From contig JBOGOU010000513.1 in NCBI GenBank assembly GCA_050748205.1, positions 9,966 to 73,965 on the forward strand: 64,000 nucleotides of DNA, read 5' to 3'. A program made the position numbers and the translations under genes. This document shows positions 63,431 through 64,000 of this stretch, in pieces (position 1 is the first letter of the stretch; each line of letters opens with the position of its first letter). The notes below the pieces were generated by a model that was not told the origin of the DNA, did not search any database, and was given only the letters and a program-made list of their open reading frames with translations. The DNA is from Pyrinomonadaceae bacterium (GTDB taxonomy: Bacteria > Acidobacteriota > Blastocatellia > Pyrinomonadales > Pyrinomonadaceae).

Positions 63431-64000
63431 ATGACAAAGGCCCAAAACCCAAAACCAAAGACCCACGAAATATGCGCCATCCTGCTCGCAGCCGGTCGAT
63501 CCCAACGAATGGGCGCCTTCAAACCTCTTCTGCCCTTTGGCGAGACAACAGTCATCAATACTTGTATCCAGAATCTCCGCGACGCGGGAATTGATGACAT
63601 TGTCGTGGTGCTGGGCCACAGGGCTGACGAAGTGAAACAGAGTCTGAATAACCTCAATCTCAATTTCGCGATTAATCCAAATCCCGATAGCGAGATGAGC
63701 GCCTCAATAGCCTGCGGTGTGAAGGAAATCTCGAAGAAAACCAAGGTAACGCTTCTTACTTTGAGCGACCAGCCGGCAATCCCTGCCGATGTCGTGAACG
63801 CGCTCGTGAAGGAATGGAAGGCCGGAGAGAAACTCGTAATCCCAGAATTTCAGGGTCGTGGCGGTCATCCTGTCTTAATTGATCTCTGCTTTCGGGAGGA
63901 GTTGGTCCATCTCGATCCAAGCGGCGGTCTCAAGTCGTTTTTCGACGCCCACAAAAGCGAGGTTAAGAGACTTGCTGTCAGTTCGCCCTATATTGCACGC
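63431..64000 (+). CDS. MobA-like NTP transferase (molybdenum cofactor cytidylyltransferase, MocA-like); 3' end lies beyond the window
   Basis: My translation reads MTKAQNPKPKTHEICAILLAAGRSQRMGAFKPLLPFGETTVI...IVVVLGHRADEV...LTLSDQPAIP...GRGGHPVLI. It is open to base 64000. Confidence 0.8.
   Translation, partial: MTKAQNPKPKTHEICAILLAAGRSQRMGAFKPLLPFGETTVINTCIQNLRDAGIDDIVVVLGHRADEVKQSLNNLNLNFAINPNPDSEMSASIACGVKEISKKTKVTLLTLSDQPAIPADVVNALVKEWKAGEKLVIPEFQGRGGHPVLIDLCFREELVHLDPSGGLKSFFDAHKSEVKRLAVSSPYIAR

Noticed and set aside
63301-63744. A 147-aa minus-strand ORF.
   Set aside because: It is antisense to the mocA-like gene and reads through the nested palindrome. The plus-strand frame has clear MobA-like motifs.
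1-64000. A search by eye for tRNA, rRNA, integrase, phage or IS transposase genes.
   Set aside because: I recognised none. The only transposase-like gene is the frameshifted RAYT. A tRNAscan or Infernal run would be needed to exclude small RNAs formally.

Overview
The window looks like an Acidobacteriota chromosome segment, judged from the ADOP permease family and a VWFA-related Acidobacterial-domain protein. All product calls come from reading motifs by eye; no searches were run.

**Bases 1-32830, all on the minus strand.** These hold a HlyD-type adaptor, two different ABC ATPases, a REC-PP2C response regulator, and then 12 tandem ADOP-type permease genes (duplicated MacB_PCD+FtsX). One permease gene is cut by the window edge, two carry in-frame internal deletions, and one is a mosaic of two paralogs.

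**33.5-45 kb.** A 2000-aa alpha-2-macroglobulin with a CTEQ thioester motif, a small His-rich membrane protein, an M28 peptidase, and an S9 peptidase tightly linked (4-nt gap) to an Asp/Glu-racemase-fold protein that lacks both catalytic Cys.

**45-46 kb.** A frameshifted REP-associated tyrosine transposase (RAYT) bracketed by 45-bp inverted REPs.

**46-64 kb.**
- GH92 mannosidase
- lectin-like secreted protein
- VWA protein
- AlbA_2-type regulator
- ABC-exporter-like membrane protein
- folK-panB-panC
- a 4-hydroxybenzoyl-CoA-reductase-like molybdoenzyme operon (gamma, alpha, beta), split by a brnT/brnA-like pair plus two more ORFs
- a partial mocA-like gene

**Repeats.** Almost every intergenic region carries a short structured repeat. 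The most striking type I call a heptad zipper: two inverted arms, each a tandem array of 7-nt units, separated by a spacer. The architecture is the same at each site but the heptamer differs from site to site. All 11 junctions between permease genes are filled by such repeats.

**Main candidate system.** A permease-less HlyD + NBD + NBD + REC-PP2C string runs directly into the 12-gene array of supposedly orphan permeases.

No rRNA, tRNA or CRISPR array was seen.
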